A stretch of 59,152 nt of DNA, filler included, from Asterionella formosa (GCA_002256025.1; 8 parts of 8 records of this genome joined end to end with filler, not necessarily neighbours in it); one strand, 5' to 3'; positions 24,249 to 37,388 are shown, counted from the whole stretch's first letter. Made by a program: numbers and translations. Notes: generated by a model from the letters alone, not told the origin.

Positions 24249-25333
24249 GTTAACTCATGACGTTATAAGATAGGGTACATGCTGTATATTTTAATCGTCA
24301 TGAAACCCCATCACAGATGTAGAGCAATCCTCCTCCAAAGTCGACCTGATTGACTTTTCTGGACAGTTGCTCACCAAAATATTAGAATCGGAATTTGAAC
24401 ATCCAAAAATGTTCTTGTACACTTCGATTCTTGCGTAGGTATGTTTTGCAGCATAATTCTCTATCCAAAAAGACTCCTTGGTAAGACCTGCTGTGTCACT
24501 ACACATATTCTGATTGGTTGAATTGAATTTACTCACCTCCATCAGATTTGCTGGAGTATGCCAGTCTCGTAGAATCATGCCAGCCAAAAATGTATTAGAT
24601 GAACTGCATGCAAATAAATAAAATCAGCCAGTACTAGTTTCATCCTGCCTTCCATCATCATGAACCAAGATTATAACCACCATTCTGGTACTCCAGTGCT
24701 GATATAGCCTTTGGGCGTAATGTAATATTAAAACTATGTACAGCAAAGTAGATTCAATGTAAAGATGTAAATGATACCCAACGCATCCACAGAATAGTTG
24801 CTGCTTGCTTTTTTCAAGAAATCCATTCATCACTTTTTGTTTCTCTTTGTTTGTTGCGGGGAATTTATAGGATAATGCTGTGCATGCAGGAGTTCATAGC
24901 ATCAAGGAACATTTGAGAGATTGCATAAACAGATGGATCTGCAAGAAACTCCCTAGTCATTGCAAATGTCAAAAAACGGCTAACTGTTTTGCCATAGCTG
25001 AGATATTTTTCGAAATGTATCTCTGTGAAGATTCAATTTTTTTAGATGGTACAGAAAAGATTGAACTTTAGCGCCTGTCCTGTCTCACGTTGTCCGTTTG
25101 CTTCATCAGAAAAACAATTGACACCCATTCCTTGCAGTATTGCGTGTTAGAGACCCGGAATCAAGAAATTCACTATACTTCCTGAGAATTCAGGGGAAGC
25201 TTCGTTGTTCGTTGTTCGCTGTTCGCCGTATGCATGTATGTTGCAAAATAATTGTGCAGGAATGCGATCACCATCATTCACGCAAGCAAGGTGCTTCTGA
25301 AGTCTGAAATTGTAGTAAGTATTACATGATATC

Positions 25334-26668
25334 ATGAGCAACACACCCCTCAAGAAGGGCAGCAACGACAGGGCAATCCCTGGTGCCGATGACAAGGTGG
25401 AGCATGTGTTTTTGAATGAATCCGGAGAGTGCGCTGAAAACACGGTAATGACGTGCGAGGCCCTCTGTTCGCTTTCCTGCTCTCCACCGCCAGCCTCAGT
25501 TGCCAGCGCAAGTAGCACAGAGGAAAAGTTAGCTCAGTTATCTAGCAAATGCTGTCCGAAGCAACATCAGCTGCCAATGTTTCTTTCCAGTAAGTGCCCT
25601 GAATACAAGCACTTCATCGTCCCTTAATCATTTCATTGGCTACCTTGCCACGATGTTGCTAGTTCGCGCACACGCCAAAACTAGGGACTTAATTACACAG
25701 ATTTTTCAATTTAAATGATGAGAACAAACTCTGCACTTTCTTTATTCTGCGTTATGGTCTGATTTGGATGGTTTTACCAAGTGGAGAGACGAGGTTGTCA
25801 TGGACGGTGAAACTCAGCAATGTCAATCCACAAATTTGATTTTACCACAATACTTAAGCAGAGGAACTAACAATATCTCTCTTGCCCCGGACTTGGCTTT
25901 CTATGTGCAGAAACCTATCACATGATTGATCGATGTGATCCAACTGTGGCCACGTGGAGTCCATCTGGGGATAATTTTGTGGTCAAGAACGTAGAGAAGT
26001 TTGCCCAGGATATCCTTCCAATGTACTTCAAGCATTCAAATTTTTCTTCTTTTGCCCGACAACTCAATTTTTATGGATTTCGCAAGTTGAAAGCTGAACC
26101 GATCTTGACTGCCGACTTTGACGCACGAACGGCTTGCTACGTCCGATTTTACCACGAAAAATTTCAGAAGGGCCAGTCAGAACTATTGGGTCAAATCAAA
26201 CGAGCCACAAAGTCAGAGATGCAGTCGAAGGACGACGTAGACGGCTTACGCGGAGAAATTTGCAGAATGAAGGATCACATGCAATGTATGTCAGTTGATT
26301 TCGATAGGCGCTTGTCTGAAATGTCATACGATTATAATCGCCGCATCACAAACCTCTCAGTTGAGTACGACAAGCTTGCTGGTCTTGTTCAGCAGCTTAT
26401 CGCCACCAAAGGTGTCGAAGCAATAGCTGGTAGTCATTCGTCGGCGCCTGATATGCTGCGCTCCTTGACTCATGCCGCTTTGAGCTTGCAGGGGTCTATG
26501 CGAACGCATCATGATGACATGACAGTACCTGCCGCTACTGCATCGTACCCAGCCCAGGACGATCCTACCTCTGAAATTTGTGCCGGAACGAGGCGAAGCT
26601 GGATAACTGAAGAGTCTGAACCTCGCAAGTGCAAAAAAACCCATGTCGCCCGTTTCGATGATAGCTAA
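25334..26668 (+). CDS. HSF: Heat shock transcription factor (HSF DNA-binding domain plus coiled coil), 337 aa; exons 25334-25589 and 25911-26668
   Basis: Removing a 321-nt GTAAGT...TGCAG intron restores PMFLSKTYHMIDRCDPTVATWS...YFKHSNFSSFARQLNFYGFRK...FYHEKFQKG..ELL..IKR. Confidence 0.95.
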
Positions 26669-26791
26669 TTACTGCAGTGTCGCATACTAAGATTATAGGG
26701 AACACATAATGCTTGTACTCTTGAGCCAGACGAAAGATTATTTGAGAGAAATGGTGCTTTCAAATCAAAGAAAGCGCAAAGCCAAAAGTTT

Positions 26792-29562
26792 TTAGGGCGA
26801 AACCGTGAAAGAGTGCTTCAAACCAAAGAAACAATCTAGACTTAATCCAACTGCCTTGAATGTTTTGGACGACTGGCAGACATCTCTCCGAAGCCATGTG
26901 GGGAGGCCCATCCAAACTCGTTGGTCAGTGGCATATCTAGCGTCTGCGAGGATAATTGCAGCATAGTCATCAGCATGTCGAATGGCCCGCCCAACACTCT
27001 GATTTACTGCTCGCATGCATAAATTATGATAGTATGCTTGCCCAGTGGTGGCGCAATTGAAATGGGAAGCATTCTGGTCCATATTTGCCATTTTTTCTTT
27101 CAGTTCAGGGTCTGTTATATCGGGGTAGGGTAGACCCACTACCATGACACATCTAGCCATGTCATTCGCGAAGTTGATCCCTTCGCTCATCTTCCCCCCA
27201 ACTACAGAAAGCAGGATCGCTCCTTTCGATTGGGCGTCTCTAGAATATGCATCCAAAACTGCTTCTACTTGTTGAGAGCTCTTGGGTTCACGATAGACAC
27301 TCTTTTGTTGTAAGAAGTCTTGCCAAATCCCCGTTGCTTTCCAACGTCGGACCAAATGGGTCTCATACGAATAACTAGGCAAGAAGACTACCATACCTGA
27401 AGGAACCTTCATACAGACCTGGAGTATGGCTCGCCCAAGCTCATCACATACGACATTTGCTGTCCGCGACGTGTGACGAAAATCTAGCTTTTGGTTTGTT
27501 GGACCCACTGTCATGCATTCTAGCCGAATATTCGACGATGGCACAACATGATCACATGCAAAAGTTGTCAAAGTCTCCGAAACAGTTTCGAGGGTTGTGG
27601 ATGTGCTTTTGTTAAAGGCATTGTCGGCTTTCGCAGCTTCTTGAATGTGCTCAATGCCGAGGAGTTCGGCAGCGACATGAGCAAACGGTTTTAATGTCCC
27701 CCCTACCAGTGCTACACCGTGGGCTTCATCCAAAACGTTCTGGAAATGGGCAGCGGGATGAAGCAATACAAACCGTAATGTTGGATGTTGGATGGTCCTT
27801 GACCGCGAATCAGTATCAACAACTTCAGCTGGCCTGTCTGTCACAACCTTACCCTCCTTGGTTGTAGAAGTCAGCTTCTCGAGAAACCCTTGTACAACAG
27901 AGAGTGCAGACACATGTTTTGATAGGGTATTCTCCCCAGGTGCCGAGGACAATTCTTTAGATGCATCTAGGATTACCGTAGTAAAACCTAGCAACTTCTG
28001 AGGAAGGCGAGAGTGCTCCAGGTATCGAATAATTTTGAAAATGTTCACATTATCAAGTTTCAATTCAATCAATAGCTCTCCAGATGACATCATTTTGCGC
28101 GATTGACTCGGACCTGATTTCAGGTACCTAATGAAGGCCAGCAAACATTTTCGAATCTGTCCCAAGTAATATAGATTCCTCCCAGTAAGCCTTGAGGCAT
28201 AGCGCTGAGTATAAGCAGTCAATTGCTCCAAAGCTACTTCGGTAACAGGCAAATTTAATCTGCTCGAATGCAAAGTCCGGATAGCCTCTGGAAGATTATG
28301 TGCTTCGTCGACGAGAACAAGCGATTTCTTCAAAGATAGCCCAACAGCCGTTCGAGCTGCCTTTGATAGCAACATACTATAGGGCATTACAACCACCTCA
28401 GCAGTGGCAAGTGCTTCCTGCAGTAAACGGTTATTAATTCACGAGAAGTCGAGTTCGAAAGGACAGAAAATGAGTCACTTACTCTTGACGCATAGTATGC
28501 GCATGTATGAGAGGCTTGGCCCAACCTGGCCGAATCCTCAATGTCAGATGGACAAGCTACCATATGCAGAGCCAAAGTCGAGATAGCTTCTTTCGATATT
28601 TTGAGTGGGCAGCATTTGTTCTTTTCCTTTTGTAAGTCAAGGCAAGCTTCCGAAATTGATGCCTCAGATCTACCCTTCTTATTTATAGTAGCATTTCCAC
28701 AGAGCACCTGCCTTCCTCCAAGAGCAACTACACGAACATCTTTGCCCCAATAGGTTCTGCGAAGTTCCCCTACAAACTGCGATAGCTGCGAATGAGTTCG
28801 AGCGGCGTAAATAATTTTTCGGTATCCACTTCCGGGCTGAACATGTCCGATGGAAAGAGTTCCATGCGTGGCGCTTGATCCGTCTAAGTTTCTTCCGTCT
28901 AATATGCTCGAAAGGTCCGATGACTCCACCCATTTTCCCATTTCTGTGTCGCTCAAGTCTGAGTCCCGGTCTTCAGCATCTGATCGATACTCTCCAACGC
29001 AATAGTCTTCTCGTTTTGATAACTTTGAGTATTTCTTCATCGTTCGCGTAACTTTTCGTTCCGACATTTTGGCGGTCGTAACGGCGGATCGAACCAGATT
29101 TTCTCGTCTTTCCCGTAGATTGTCGGGGGCAAGTTTATTTTGCAGGGCAGTGATCTCCGCCTTGAGCTTGGACCTGAACTCATGAGCTCGCTGGCGTACC
29201 ACTTTTTCTTGGTAGATGCGTTCCGTCTCTTCGGGAGAAACCCATGAGTCCAGCCAGTCTATCCCACTGTTAATCTCCTGTGGTTTCGTCTCCGCCTCGT
29301 TGGAGCCTGAAAAGTCAGCCTGTTCGGTATGCCGCAACCACGCCATGGCAGCACATGCCAGTGACAGACTCTTGCCGGTTCCTGTTGGAGATTCCAGCAG
29401 CATGATAGCCGCACCTTTTGAGTTGTCCCTGTGCTTCCGTTCCAAGGCCTTCAGCATGGCGTCCATCAACGCTGTTTGCTGAGGATACGGATGCTCGAAA
29501 GGAAATGGAACCGTGGACCCACAAGGGAACGCATCGTTGGTGATATTGCTCGCTGACGCCAT
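26792..29562 (-). CDS. DDX11: DDX11/Chl1 (ChlR1) Fe-S superfamily-2 DNA helicase, ~901 aa; exons 29562-28483 and 28417-26792
   Basis: Motifs: PFPFEHPYPQQ, ESPTGTGKSLS, ARTHSQLSQF, Fe-S cysteines, CAYYASR, DEAHNL, GGTL, VVFLPSY, GGKMSEGINF, GLPYP, RAVNQSVGRAIRH. A 65-nt GTAAGT...CTGCAG intron lies at 28418-28482. Confidence 0.93.
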
Positions 29563-29581
29563 GTTCAATGTGCCAACAGAT

Positions 29582-29681
29582 NNNNNNNNNNNNNNNNNNN
29601 NNNNNNNNNNNNNNNNNNNNNNNNNTTAATTAATTAANNNNNNNNNNNNNNNNNNNNNNNNNNNNNNNNNNNNNNNNNNNN
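29582..29681. other. Artificial contig spacer
   Basis: N44-TTAATTAATTAA-N44. Confidence 0.99.
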
Positions 29682-29927
29682 GGGGGGTGCATGAGGTGAA
29701 AAGTTTGAAGTGTAGCTCTTGGAGCAAGGCTTGGAAGTCCGGGACCGGTACAGTGGCGGGAGTGGGGCTGTGGGCAAGCAAGGGCAAGGAAAAAATGTTT
29801 CAGGCGGAGGTCTACCCAACGAAGGATTTGGGCCAGGAGGAGTGGGGGGCGGTTGAGGTCGTCCTAGTATTCCATTGCCAACATTTCGCTATGGCGGATG
29901 GCATGAATAAACAGGCGGTAGTGGGTG

Positions 29928-32900
29928 CATCTGGAAATAAAAACCATCATATTTCCATTATGCATCATGGGATTATGATCATCTGATCATAATTTTTCGT
30001 TATATCATCTAATAATTTTGATAAATGCCCTTGTAATTTAAATAGTAACCCTTTTGATTATGGGAAATTAATTATTTTATGTATTGTTTCTTTTAGGTTC
30101 CTTTATTTCAATTTCTTGGTAGGATAATGTACCAGCCAGTTAGAGTAATGTGGTTTGGCTCATCATCCTCGCCAATCCTCACTCTGATTCTTGTAACAAT
30201 GACAAACCAGCCTTGTCGAAAGGAACGAGTTTGTGATAAAATCTTCATTTGTCGTTCAAGTCATCATATGTCTTCGATGAATCATCCTCTACGTTGCACA
30301 GCATGTTCGTACTATGCAATCCGTTAAGAGCTTGAAAAGAAATCCAATGAAAACGAAATGGCTCGTCACATAAGACGAATATTTCCGGTCTGTCACCAGA
30401 GTATCAATCAGTGTTACAACCTCGATCATAGTTAAACAACATCCATTATAGAACAGCACAATCTACTTCTCCATAACATCGTCTCTCTAACAAAAACGTA
30501 ATCCATCTAGAATTGAAACGCAGCATAGCAGGCGATATGCACAAAGAAGCATGAGACTGTCTATTTATAGTAACACTGTGATTCTGGTTTCGTCATTTTC
30601 ATGCCTCATTAGATTTTCTTTGTCATTGTACTAGTTCCTTACCTTTAAAGACAGGAGCGTTTTCTTTGATGCATCTGGAATGTGTCAATGGATGGCAGCA
30701 GTTGGATTTAGAAACAAACCTTGACAAAAGCACTGATACTTTGTAGATGTTCATGAAAAGCGAGACACTTTGACCTATCGAACACCAGCCAGTCTATACT
30801 GCAAAAATGCAAGAAGCACGAGTGGAATGACCATTTATGGATTCAACTTTCAGAACAATGTATAATATTAGGAACCGGAAGTCACATTTCATCTAATTAC
30901 GGTTTTCATTAGCTGTACTAGCTAGTATTGATTGGTGCGAGGAAGCAATGGTAGAATTGCTGCCAAACGGGCGGGGCGAACACAGAGAATCCTATTAATT
31001 TTTCTCCCCAATGATCCCAGACCCTTCTTGAATGTCACTTGCTAGAGAAAATGGAGAACAGCCGCCGTGATCTGTTGATTGTTGCTTTATGGTGACACTG
31101 ACCAAAGCCTCCAGAAATCTCAATGAGTTGCTTGTTTCTTGACTTGAATGCCAAAGGGATCGAAACCAGTGGAAAAATCAAAAGGGAACTAAAAATGATC
31201 TGCAAAAATCAGGACAATTGTGAAAGAGAAATGAAGGTTCTTGGGAGGAGAAGTAAAGGGATAATTGCTTCTGGTCTTGCGGGAACAAGAATAGATTGAC
31301 CCAAACAATGTTGACAAATAGGTACCTATGGGAAAAGGAAGCAATGCTTTCGACATCATCAATCTAGCTATACACAAGCCTGCGCCACCTAATGTCATCA
31401 ATATAGCTACCTCGACTTCATCAATGAAGAAGTCAATGGGTGGAGCATGTGAGGAAAATCCGGGTTGAGGTTTTCTTGACGCCAACTTGGGCCTGATTGG
31501 CTGAACTCCTTGCAGATGAAGGCATTGAGTAACCTGGGCCTGTGAAGCCAAAGGATAAAAAAAAATCTACAACAAGGGTGGTGAGATAGTGTTTAGGACG
31601 AGGGGGGAGCAAAAGTTATCATAGCTGAACGCATTCGAAACTTGTATAGACAATAGATAGTGGCATACCATTGCTGCTCTTGGCTGACAGCTGCCAAGTC
31701 AAGTACAAACACAACAAGAAGGGTGCATAAAAGACAGTGCGATTTTAATCGACTGGCTGATACTTAGTTGTGAGACTCACCATTCTGCAATGGGGTGGAC
31801 TTTGATCATTGCTTTGTTCGAAGCACAATCAATTCGAATGCTGTCCAGTGAAACAGCCAATGAAAACAATTGCGACGAAAAAGCGCAGAACAGATCAAGA
31901 GATTTCATAGGAATTAAAATAACAACAGCAGGGCATATATGATGCACTGCTCCTTGTGTAGACTAGCTATATTTGATCATTTCCATATTTCATACTAAAC
32001 AGGTGCAGCATGGATGACTCCTCCCAACCTTTCATTAGATATGCAGCCATGTTGCGATAATTCTACAGGACTTATAGGATTGGTGATCTGGTGGTTATCA
32101 TTTCCGCATTGTATATACCACCAGTAGGAGCCATGTATGTATGCATGCATGCTGCGATAATTCTTACAAGACATAAAAATTTGGTAGCTTGGGAGTTATC
32201 ACTTCCGGACTGTATACAGGGGAGGAAGTGGTTGCATGCATGAGCAACGACTACTCCGGTATAAACTATGATCTTTAATCGATGATTCTTGATTCGTTTA
32301 TCCTATGATACCATTGATCATAACATATTGATCATATGATGAACGGTGTCGTTGATGAGAAAATGAAAGATCAAACTTTATTTTCAGGAATCAGGATTAA
32401 TTGATCTTAAAAATATGATCAAATGATCATAAACACATTAGCATGTTCAGTTTTCCGCTACACTATTGTGGCATTTCCATGATAAAAATAATTCCCAGGA
32501 AGTATACAGTACTACCGGTAGGCCATATGAATTTTGGTCAATATGTCCATATACATAAATGTATGATTTCGACCATTTGAAAAATTGGTGCTGATGACTC
32601 CCGTTTATTTGGGGGCTTAATTAAATCAGCCACTGACTTGTAGGTATAAGAAATGACACAAAAGAAAATGAAAAAACTCAACAGGTTGTGGAAAACAATG
32701 AAGTCATCATGCATTGTATATATTTGAATTATGTATAATCAAAATTGATATTAGTTTACACAGGATGTGCTGTATAATGAGCGTGTTTAAAACTATGCAA
32801 ATGTTCAACTAAATATACATTTAAACTTCTTACAAATCTTTCTATATATGTATTCATGGCTGAAATATTTGAAATCATTTTTTTATGTTCCTTGTCCTCA

Positions 32901-34168
32901 TGCATACACTTTGCTCCTGAAATGAAGAATTATCACACATGATGACGCGGAAAACGAAAGTGATAATACAGCACAATGATACATGCGGCTTAGAAGAGAA
33001 GAAGGGCGGAATCAATTGATGGCAAGAAGTCAAGAGCAAATGCCTTTCATTTTCCTTGTCATGCTGCATACACTTCCTGAAATGAAGGATCTCCAGCAAC
33101 ACATGATGCGAAAAACTGAACTGACAATACAGCACGATAAGAATGAGTGAATATGATGGAGAAGGGCGGAATCAACAAGCTTTGCATAGCGTCACGGTTT
33201 GTCAAGAGCAAATGCCAGGATGATCAATTGCTGGGATTACAAATACGGAATGATTCGGCCCCTTTCAGTGATTCAATAGCTCCTTTTCGATTTGGTGGCT
33301 GGCCAACCATCAATGTGGACAAAAGAAATCGGTAAGTGCTGCCTATCAGCCATCTTTGGATCAATCTGCAACTGTTAGAAAAACTGACACATATGTGTTG
33401 CTTCTTTCGGGATAATGGTAGACAAACAGTATTTGTAAGTTACAAACAGCAGTGTTGGAGCCCATTTATTGATCGATACTTTGCTTCTCATTCAATCTTC
33501 AACTGACACATTCTTTTACAGAAATATGCATCAGTTACTTCCTCAATTTGTGGTAATTGAAGATAGAAGCAAAACGCATGTTGTTGTGTAAGCGAAACAT
33601 GAACAGCTAACAATGAATTGCTTCTTTTTGTTAGTATGGCGGATTGGAACAACGAAACGGATTCAATAGTGCGTGAATGCAAAATCAGAACCCTCAGGCG
33701 GAGTAAATGGAACAACACAGGGGAACAACGGCAAAGCAACCAGTACAACAACCTTCAGAATTGGATTGGGGGGAATGTGGAAGTGAAAGCTGAAGCACAT
33801 ATCATTGCAATGAGAGCATTGTAGAACATTCTGTAGCCACTAAAGATATGGAAACATAAAACCATTCTTAAATATAGTTCTAAATTTTGATCAATTTCAT
33901 CCTATGTTAGATGTTGATATCGATGAGAATTACGATCATGCTAAGACAGATGTATGACAAAAGTATACACATCATATGACCATGTTAAACTAATTATATG
34001 ATGCAATGGTATTATAACTATGATAGTATCATCATACTTCAAGCTCGGTAAAAATTTACCGCATGATCATATTTTTGATCGAAAAACTATTATATATGTA
34101 AAAATCCTGTGCCACTTAGCATATGATACCCTTGATCCTATATTCATGATAGTTTTTATTTACAGACG
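29928..34168. mobile_element. ~4.24-kb decayed DNA transposon with ~23-bp TIRs
   Basis: Left CATCTGGAAATAAAAACCATCAT against the reverse complement of the right end, CGTCTGTAAATAAAAACTATCAT. There is a sharp GC-to-AT transition at both ends, and the subtermini are TGATCA-rich. Confidence 0.8.
31130..31560 (+). pseudogene. Highly decayed IS630/Tc1/mariner-like transposase fragment
   Basis: Relic motifs across frameshifts: W.EK.KG..L.VLREQE*IDP, TSLRHLM, DFINEE, TP...AEL.ADEGIE*.W. These resemble the PKxHxELAGEGIEYxW type of DD-E C-terminus. Confidence 0.5.
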
Positions 34169-36132
34169 CGGTCAAGCCACTGTGTGGCCCAAAGACCTCT
34201 GCCAAAACCAGGAGGAAGGATTTGAGTGTTATCAAGGCATGCCAGCCACATGGGGGGTGGGAGGGGAAGCTTGGAAGCTTCCTTGAGAGCGAGAACATCA
34301 GGGAGGGTGAGGGTGTTGGCGCCACCATGGAGATCTGAGGAGATTGGCGATAGGTCTTTGAGGTGAGCGTCAAGGGCTTGGGAGACATTTGTCACCAGAA
34401 ACATGGTGAGGCCTGTGCCAAGATCATGGAGGTTGTCCACAAAATTACATCTGGTGATGGCATTTACGAGGGCGGGGGTCGCCACAGGGGAGTGGGTGGA
34501 GTCTAGGTTCTTTTCAATGGGGGCACACCGAAGGAAACATTGGTGGAGAACGTAGGCCGCTTCCCCTTTCAGAGCATCGGCTAGCTCATGATAGAGTGTG
34601 GGTAGTTCCTCTTCGATGTCGACATCACAGAATTTTAGGAGGAATCATGGGAGGGCCCCTTGGAAGCGGTGGGAAGGGAGTTTGGGGCTGGAGGTGGGGT
34701 CAGCAGGCGGGGTGTCACGGGAGCGGAGCAAAGCATTGAGGGCCTGGGTCAGGGCATCAGGGGCGCAAGGGAGCTGATTGAGGCAGAGAGTGATGGGGTC
34801 CCAGGTCCCTGTGAACCACTGTGGCTGTGTATTTGGCGATGGCTCCGTTGAGAGGAGTGACAAACCGGCCGGGGAGATGGGAGGAGGTTTCCCGGCAGGA
34901 CGTCCATGGGGTCTAGGGGGTTTGGCCCCTTCCATATATTTGCGATTCGTAACCATGCAAGAATGTCGGTGTGAGCATCCCGGAGACCCTTTGCCAGGAT
35001 CTGGCCGCCCAACTCCTGCCATGCTTGCCGGGGTCTGAGGTCCCGGTTGATGAGGATAGCGGCAAGGAATGGGGGGAGGTACATAGAGTGGCGAACATGA
35101 ACTATTTCTGTGGTGCCCGGTTGGAGGGGAGCAGTTTCAGGAGGGGTTAAAGGGCCCAAGAACTCCCCAGGGCCTCCATGTTGGTCCCAATTGTGAAGGG
35201 CTTCATCCATTGTTTCGATGGCTGGGACATGTAATGGTTCAAGAGGAGCAAAGATCTCGTCACCAGCATAAACTAAAGGGAACTGTTGGTGTTTTGCCAA
35301 CCGTGTGTAAGTACCTACAGGTACCGTCCTTACCTTCCCAGTCTGCAGACAGTCATACATGGGCATGTACATATCTGTAGCTATCTATAGTTTAAAGAGA
35401 TGATAGTTATTCATATATGGATATGCATGTGCGAGTCTACTTGTGTGTGAGTACTGGTGCCAGGTACTGTCTATTGTATCATCTATTGTACTGGTACCGA
35501 TATGTTGCACAGATATTTTGGTATGTATAGTATATAGGGAGCGCAATAACGCCAAATCTAGAAATAGGCTAGGATAACGGCACTATAAAAATTATTGATA
35601 TATATATATATACACGATTGATTTGAATTTAAATCATGCCCATCATAGGGATACCTATATATGTAGCACACATATTTTTGCATGAAAACGTACGTACCGG
35701 TATAAGATTGATTTATTTAAATCATGTCCGTCATAGTGATACATATATACAGGACGAGGTATGTTGCACAGATATTTGTATTTAAACGTACTACGTGTAC
35801 GATTGATTTGAATTCAAATCAGGACCATGATGATAGGGATAGGGATAGGGAATGACATTGGTATATCTAAAGGTGATTGAAAGTACCTGGTACTCGCAAT
35901 ATCAAGTAGTAGTACAAACACGGTGGCATTGTTATCTACTGGTAATGAAGGGGATGCAATAACACGTTCTCGTACAAACAAGGTGACATGATTGGTATGT
36001 ATTGTCACCTCGTACTCAGGCTAGAACACGTTATTGTACAGACAAGGTGACAACATTGGTATCTATTGGTGATGGAGGGGAAGCAATAACACGAGGTGAC
36101 ATTGGTATCTATTGTCACCTCGTACTTGGGTC

Positions 36133-36440
36133 AAAAGTAAGATCAAACGAGCTAAAAAATATCTATCTATGATCTTATTTAATGGAAATCATATCTAACC
36201 AGAAAGTATGATCTGAAATTTTTTAGTAGCAAGATATATTAATGTTAAAAGAAAGATCAAAAAAGCTAAAGATTGTTATCTATGATCATATTTATTGGCA
36301 ATCATATCTAACCAAAGAATGATCTGTAAATTTTTAGTAGTAAGATATATTTATGTTAAAAGTAAGATAAAAAAAGCTAAAAATTGTTATTTGTGATCTT
36401 ATTTATTGGCAATCATTTCTAACCAGGAGGAGGTATGATC
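36133..36440. repeat. Tandem repeat, ~112-114-bp unit, ~2.7 copies
   Basis: AAAAG(T/A)AAGAT..A...AGCTAAA...TGATC.TATTTA.TGG.AATCAT.TCTAACCA recurs at ~36133, ~36247 and ~36358. Confidence 0.92.
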
Positions 36441-36489
36441 TGTAATTCATAAAGTTTGATTCGAGCGATTGATCTACGGGTGAATATTT

Positions 36490-36986
36490 TATGATTTGTA
36501 CCATATGAAAAATGTCGTATGACTCCCGCTAATTTATGGGCTTAATTAAATTAGTTACTTGTAGGTACAAGAATTGATGCGGAAAAATTCAAAGATAGTA
36601 CATCAGGTCGTGGAAAACAATGATATCCTCATGCATTGTATATATTTCAATTATGTATAAGCTTAATTGATGATAGTATAAACATTATGTGTATATATTT
36701 ATACGTCCTAAAATTTTTATAATTGTATACATAGCCTATACATTTGAAATCATGTTTAGAGGTTCCTTGTTATGCATACCGGTAACACATGATCCTGAAA
36801 TGAATGACAATCTCTGCCTTGTGACAAGGAAAACTGATAGAACGACGCTTCAACGCACGCAATGATGACAAAGCTTGCGGCTTAGAAGGATTGAAAATGG
36901 AAGAGTGAATGGAATCTAGCTATGGTATGTCAAGAGCACATGCCAAGGTAATCAATTGTTGGGTTCACAAAGACTAAATGATTGCT
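36490..36986 (+). mobile_element. Third, truncated copy of the internal region of the TIR element family
   Basis: Colinear with 32590-33250: GACTCCCG, GGGCTTAATTAAAT, GTGGAAAACAATGA, CATGCATTGTATATATTT, CCTGAAATGAA, GTCAAGAGCA.ATGCCA. Confidence 0.82.
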
Positions 36987-37086
36987 NNNNNNNNNNNNNN
37001 NNNNNNNNNNNNNNNNNNNNNNNNNNNNNNTTAATTAATTAANNNNNNNNNNNNNNNNNNNNNNNNNNNNNNNNNNNNNNNNNNNN
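36987..37086. other. Artificial contig spacer
   Basis: N44-TTAATTAATTAA-N44. Confidence 0.99.
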
Positions 37087-37388
37087 TCGCTTGTATTTTC
37101 TTCATCTTCTTTTTGATCAATGTCATATATATTGGTATGATCGCCAAAATGTAGTGTTTGAACATGACAAATTTTGGCCCTTTTCTTTAATGACGACGAA
37201 AAGTCATCAGCAGCTGATGGTGGAGATTGATGAAATCCATCATATTCTTCCTGACCGTCGTCTGGACCAGTTGCTGGTTTACGAAACAACTCAGCAGCTG
37301 TTTCGCATTCGGGGCTATGTGCGTAATGACGGTGAAGGGAAACAAATGGACCCTTACCACATATCAAACAGCAATCGTCGTCGTTCAT
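37087..37388 (-). CDS. 5' fragment of an ORF with an N-terminal C2HC-type zinc finger and acidic linker, possibly a transposase start; cut by the contig edge
   Basis: MNDDDCCLICGKGPFVSLHRHYAHSPEC is followed by a D/E-rich stretch and stays open to the gap. Confidence 0.45.

Larger units (their letters stand above)
29682..35290 (-). mobile_element. GC-rich decayed ORF in two pieces (35290-34169 and 29927-29682), possibly gag-like ORF1 of a tyrosine-recombinase (DIRS/Ngaro-like) retroelement
   Basis: VRHSMYLPPFLAAILINRDLRPRQAWQELG...ILAWLR, ATPALV, HDLGTGLTMF, LAQILRWV. The two pieces rejoin in frame when 29928-34168 is removed. The family assignment is from recall and is tentative. Confidence 0.45.

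Noticed and set aside
24291..25070. Short minus-strand ORFs upstream of HSF
   Set aside because: Fragmented, with no recognisable domain or consistent splice model.
25334..29562. HSF and DDX11 as a functional pair
   Set aside because: Convergent genes 123 bp apart are ordinary in compact diatom genomes; there is no evidence of a functional link.
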